From NCBI GenBank assembly GCA_041736175.1, contig JBGSUI010000179.1, forward strand, positions 1-25,911: a DNA stretch of 25,911 bases, written 5' to 3'. Each line of letters begins with the position of its first letter. Positions within the stretch are counted from its first letter, which is position 1. The notes beneath the pieces were generated by a model. That model did not search any database. It was not told the origin of the DNA and was given only the letters and a program-made list of their open reading frames with translations. A program made the position numbers and the translations under genes. Shown here piece after piece: positions 23,810-25,911 of this stretch. Source of the stretch: Oligoflexales bacterium (GTDB taxonomy: Bacteria; Bdellovibrionota_B; Oligoflexia; Oligoflexales; CAIYRB01).

Positions 23810-25258
23810 CACATCTCCTTCGTCGACCTCAAAGGTGTCACAAAGGGTCTCGAGGCTCTGAAAACTCAGATCACAGGACTGCAAAATTTTGCTTATCTGA
23901 GCCTGGGATGGCGAAGCACGGTAGGTGGAAGATCCAGTCGCCAAACATTTTTGGGAGTCGATGGTGGATAGTTTAGGTGCATCAAGGGTAGTCTTTGATA
24001 ACAGGGAATCGCTGGCAAAATCTGCCGCTTCCACGGTTTTAAGAGGTTTGGATTCACTGGAAGATTTAAATCCGAGGGTTTTTTCTGAGTCGGCAACCAT
24101 GCCGATAAGATATTGATAAACGATGGACTCGCTTAAGGTGTCATGGTAGCGATCTTTGGATTTCATGGCGGCCTCGGAAACCTTTAGGGTTTCGGGGGTG
24201 CTACCGCCCGTAAGAATGGCGATCCGCTGGGCACTCTCCCGCCGTTGGGTGGCGGTTGTGGTGAAGTCAAGGGCCTTGACTTGCATCTGGGCTGGTAAAA
24301 CCTCCAGCGTACTATAAAAGGTCTTAAGGGAGCCTCCAGGGTTTGAATCGACAAAATGGGTGGTCAAGAGTCGTGGCTGTGCTAGATCCATAAAGATCTG
24401 GGCACCAGAGGATGTCCATGCACCGCTAAAGCTTCCTAAAGCTTTAAATTCCCGGTCGGAGGAGGTCCCGGTTCCACTCGATCCACCCGACTGGTATCCA
24501 GGGAGGACCATCTCGTAGGAGATAGTGAATTTCTTAGTGCTCCCATCGATCCGATATTGGTAACTCCCTACCATCGTTTGATTAGCGCGACAAAGGACCA
24601 GGTGGCTTTGGTAGACTCCGTTTTCCATAGGCTGGATCGTCGCTAGGACTTTCGATGTTTTGAAAAGATCGATCCCTTCTATCTCTAAGATCCGCCTTGT
24701 TTCTTTGGCTGGAGCCCTAAAAAAGGCACCTTTTTCCAGTTCTTCACCGGCAACTCTTCTGATCACGGTTTCACCTTCTTGGTCAAAGGCCCGCAAGGCA
24801 CAGGCAGCTTTAGACATCTGGTAAAAGGTTGTGAGCTTGCGACCAAGGGTCTGCACTAATCGACACTTTTGCAGGCCGTCGCGGTACTCCTTGCCTTTTT
24901 CTTGGACCAGAGTCCAGTATTTGGTTTTGAGGGCGTCCTGCTGGGCGAGGACAGCCTCGCCGAGAAATCCCGTCAACGTGGTGGTGGCGTTGGCTGCTGA
25001 GATTCCTTGTAGCAACGAGCCCCCGCCCAGTCCCCCCTCCATTCCCCCAGACTCTAACCCTGTCGTCAGGGGTGGCAAACGGCTGAGGGAGGCTGCAACC
25101 TCTCCCTCTAACACCTGACTTATGGGACGAATAGATGGAGCTTCTTCAGGGACAGGTTGATCACCCGAGCTGCCGCCGGACGACCCACCGCCACAACTTT
25201 GGAGTACTGTGATAGTAACCAAAGCAGTAAACAAAAATCTAATGATTTTAAAGCCCAT
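23771..25258 (-). CDS. Large hypothetical lipoprotein
   Basis: MGFKIIRFLFTALVTITVLQSC lipobox, GGGSSGGSS tether, beta-rich body with several Cys; GGGGGTGG RBS before ATG 25258. Confidence 0.75.
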   Translation of the reverse strand: MGFKIIRFLFTALVTITVLQSCGGGSSGGSSGDQPVPEEAPSIRPISQVLEGEVAASLSRLPPLTTGLESGGMEGGLGGGSLLQGISAANATTTLTGFLGEAVLAQQDALKTKYWTLVQEKGKEYRDGLQKCRLVQTLGRKLTTFYQMSKAACALRAFDQEGETVIRRVAGEELEKGAFFRAPAKETRRILEIEGIDLFKTSKVLATIQPMENGVYQSHLVLCRANQTMVGSYQYRIDGSTKKFTISYEMVLPGYQSGGSSGTGTSSDREFKALGSFSGAWTSSGAQIFMDLAQPRLLTTHFVDSNPGGSLKTFYSTLEVLPAQMQVKALDFTTTATQRRESAQRIAILTGGSTPETLKVSEAAMKSKDRYHDTLSESIVYQYLIGMVADSEKTLGFKSSSESKPLKTVEAADFASDSLLSKTTLDAPKLSTIDSQKCLATGSSTYRASPSQAQISKILQSCDLSFQSLETLCDTFEVDEGDVLRALKESPKGIP

Positions 25259-25588
25259 GGCAACCACCCCCTTCAAAGGACTGACTTAGAGGATCGGCTT
25301 ATCTGAGGATTTCTAGAGTCATCAAAAAACCGCCAATAGTTTTCAGAAGATAAACTAAATTATAACTAAGCTCCTGAAATACCTTTTCTCCAAATCCTGT
25401 AACCATATGATAACAAATCATAATATTGGTACGACGACAAAAACAGTGCCCAGGGCAAATTGTTTTTAAAATTTTATGAAATTCCAACTATTTATTTTTA
25501 AACAATAAACAAAAAATATTTTAACTTTTAATTCCAGAGCACCGAGAGTGTTTTTGTTGCGAGTATCGAATTTTTAGGAGGAACAACA

Positions 25589-25855
25589 ATGAAACTTAAA
25601 TCCAAGAGCCAACGGAACAACAGAGTCTCGAATTTAGTCATGATATCATCGCTAGGATTTGTTTTATCCTGCGGTGGGTCTTCAAAGAGTAGCGATGCTG
25701 GTGATACACCCGCAACGCCAGTCGAAGCAGAAAAAAAGGCTACTACTAGTACATCGTCGACCACCAGCACATTGGGGTGTCCAAAAAGGCCCTCATGCTA
25801 TAACCAAGTTTTGGAGCCTCGAATGATTAACGCTCTGCATAAGGGCTTTTTTTAG
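25589..25855 (+). pseudogene. Lipoprotein gene 5' fragment, probably interrupted near 25773
   Basis: AGGAGG RBS, VLSC lipobox and Ser/Thr tether, then abrupt composition change and early stop with no globular domain. Confidence 0.5.
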
Positions 25856-25911
25856 CGGGAAAGTCTTCATTTTGGAATTCATTTGATGCTGATTTTTGAG
25901 GCCCAATTGAT
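25774..25911. mobile_element. Possible IS terminus (IS1182/IS4/IS5-like end), rest outside the window
   Basis: GGGGTGTCCAAAAAG at 25774-25788 resembles such termini from recollection and coincides with the ORF break; no transposase visible. Confidence 0.35.

Noticed and set aside
16..23810. 11-bp inverted match GTTAAGGGCCC (16-26) / GGGCCCTTAAC (23800-23810) as element ends
   Set aside because: Short, does not extend, no transposase, and encloses housekeeping-type genes; likely chance.

Overview
Bacterial chromosomal segment. The gene repertoire suggests Bdellovibrionota/Oligoflexia (inference: many Ser/Gly-tethered lipoproteins, TraF/FadL-like barrels, CHASE2 cyclase, stand-alone PilZ). Left to right: a GC-rich multi-hairpin non-coding stretch; a coupled type II R-M pair (D12-class N6-adenine MTase + NotI-family endonuclease); PilZ protein; bluB; lipoprotein esterase; two divergent TraF/FadL-like barrel genes, the second followed by a CHASE2 adenylate cyclase; an atypical enolase-superfamily enzyme with an alpha/beta hydrolase; Zn-dependent ADH; DUF2721; a lipoprotein with a Tyr/Gly/Asn/Ser tail and 17 GG[G/S]TYN repeats; another lipoprotein; GH3-family ligase coupled to a LolE/MacB-type permease; TPR lipoprotein; rhomboid-RDD-ribD; a large lipoprotein; and a lipoprotein gene that appears cut by an IS-like end at the right edge. 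No rRNA, tRNA or CRISPR array seen. Best leads: the amyloid-like lipoprotein, a possible GH3/enolase/hydrolase/ABC pathway, the NotI-like REase with an adenine MTase behind a structured RNA, and the barrel-cyclase module. All family calls come from motif recognition by eye, not database searches.
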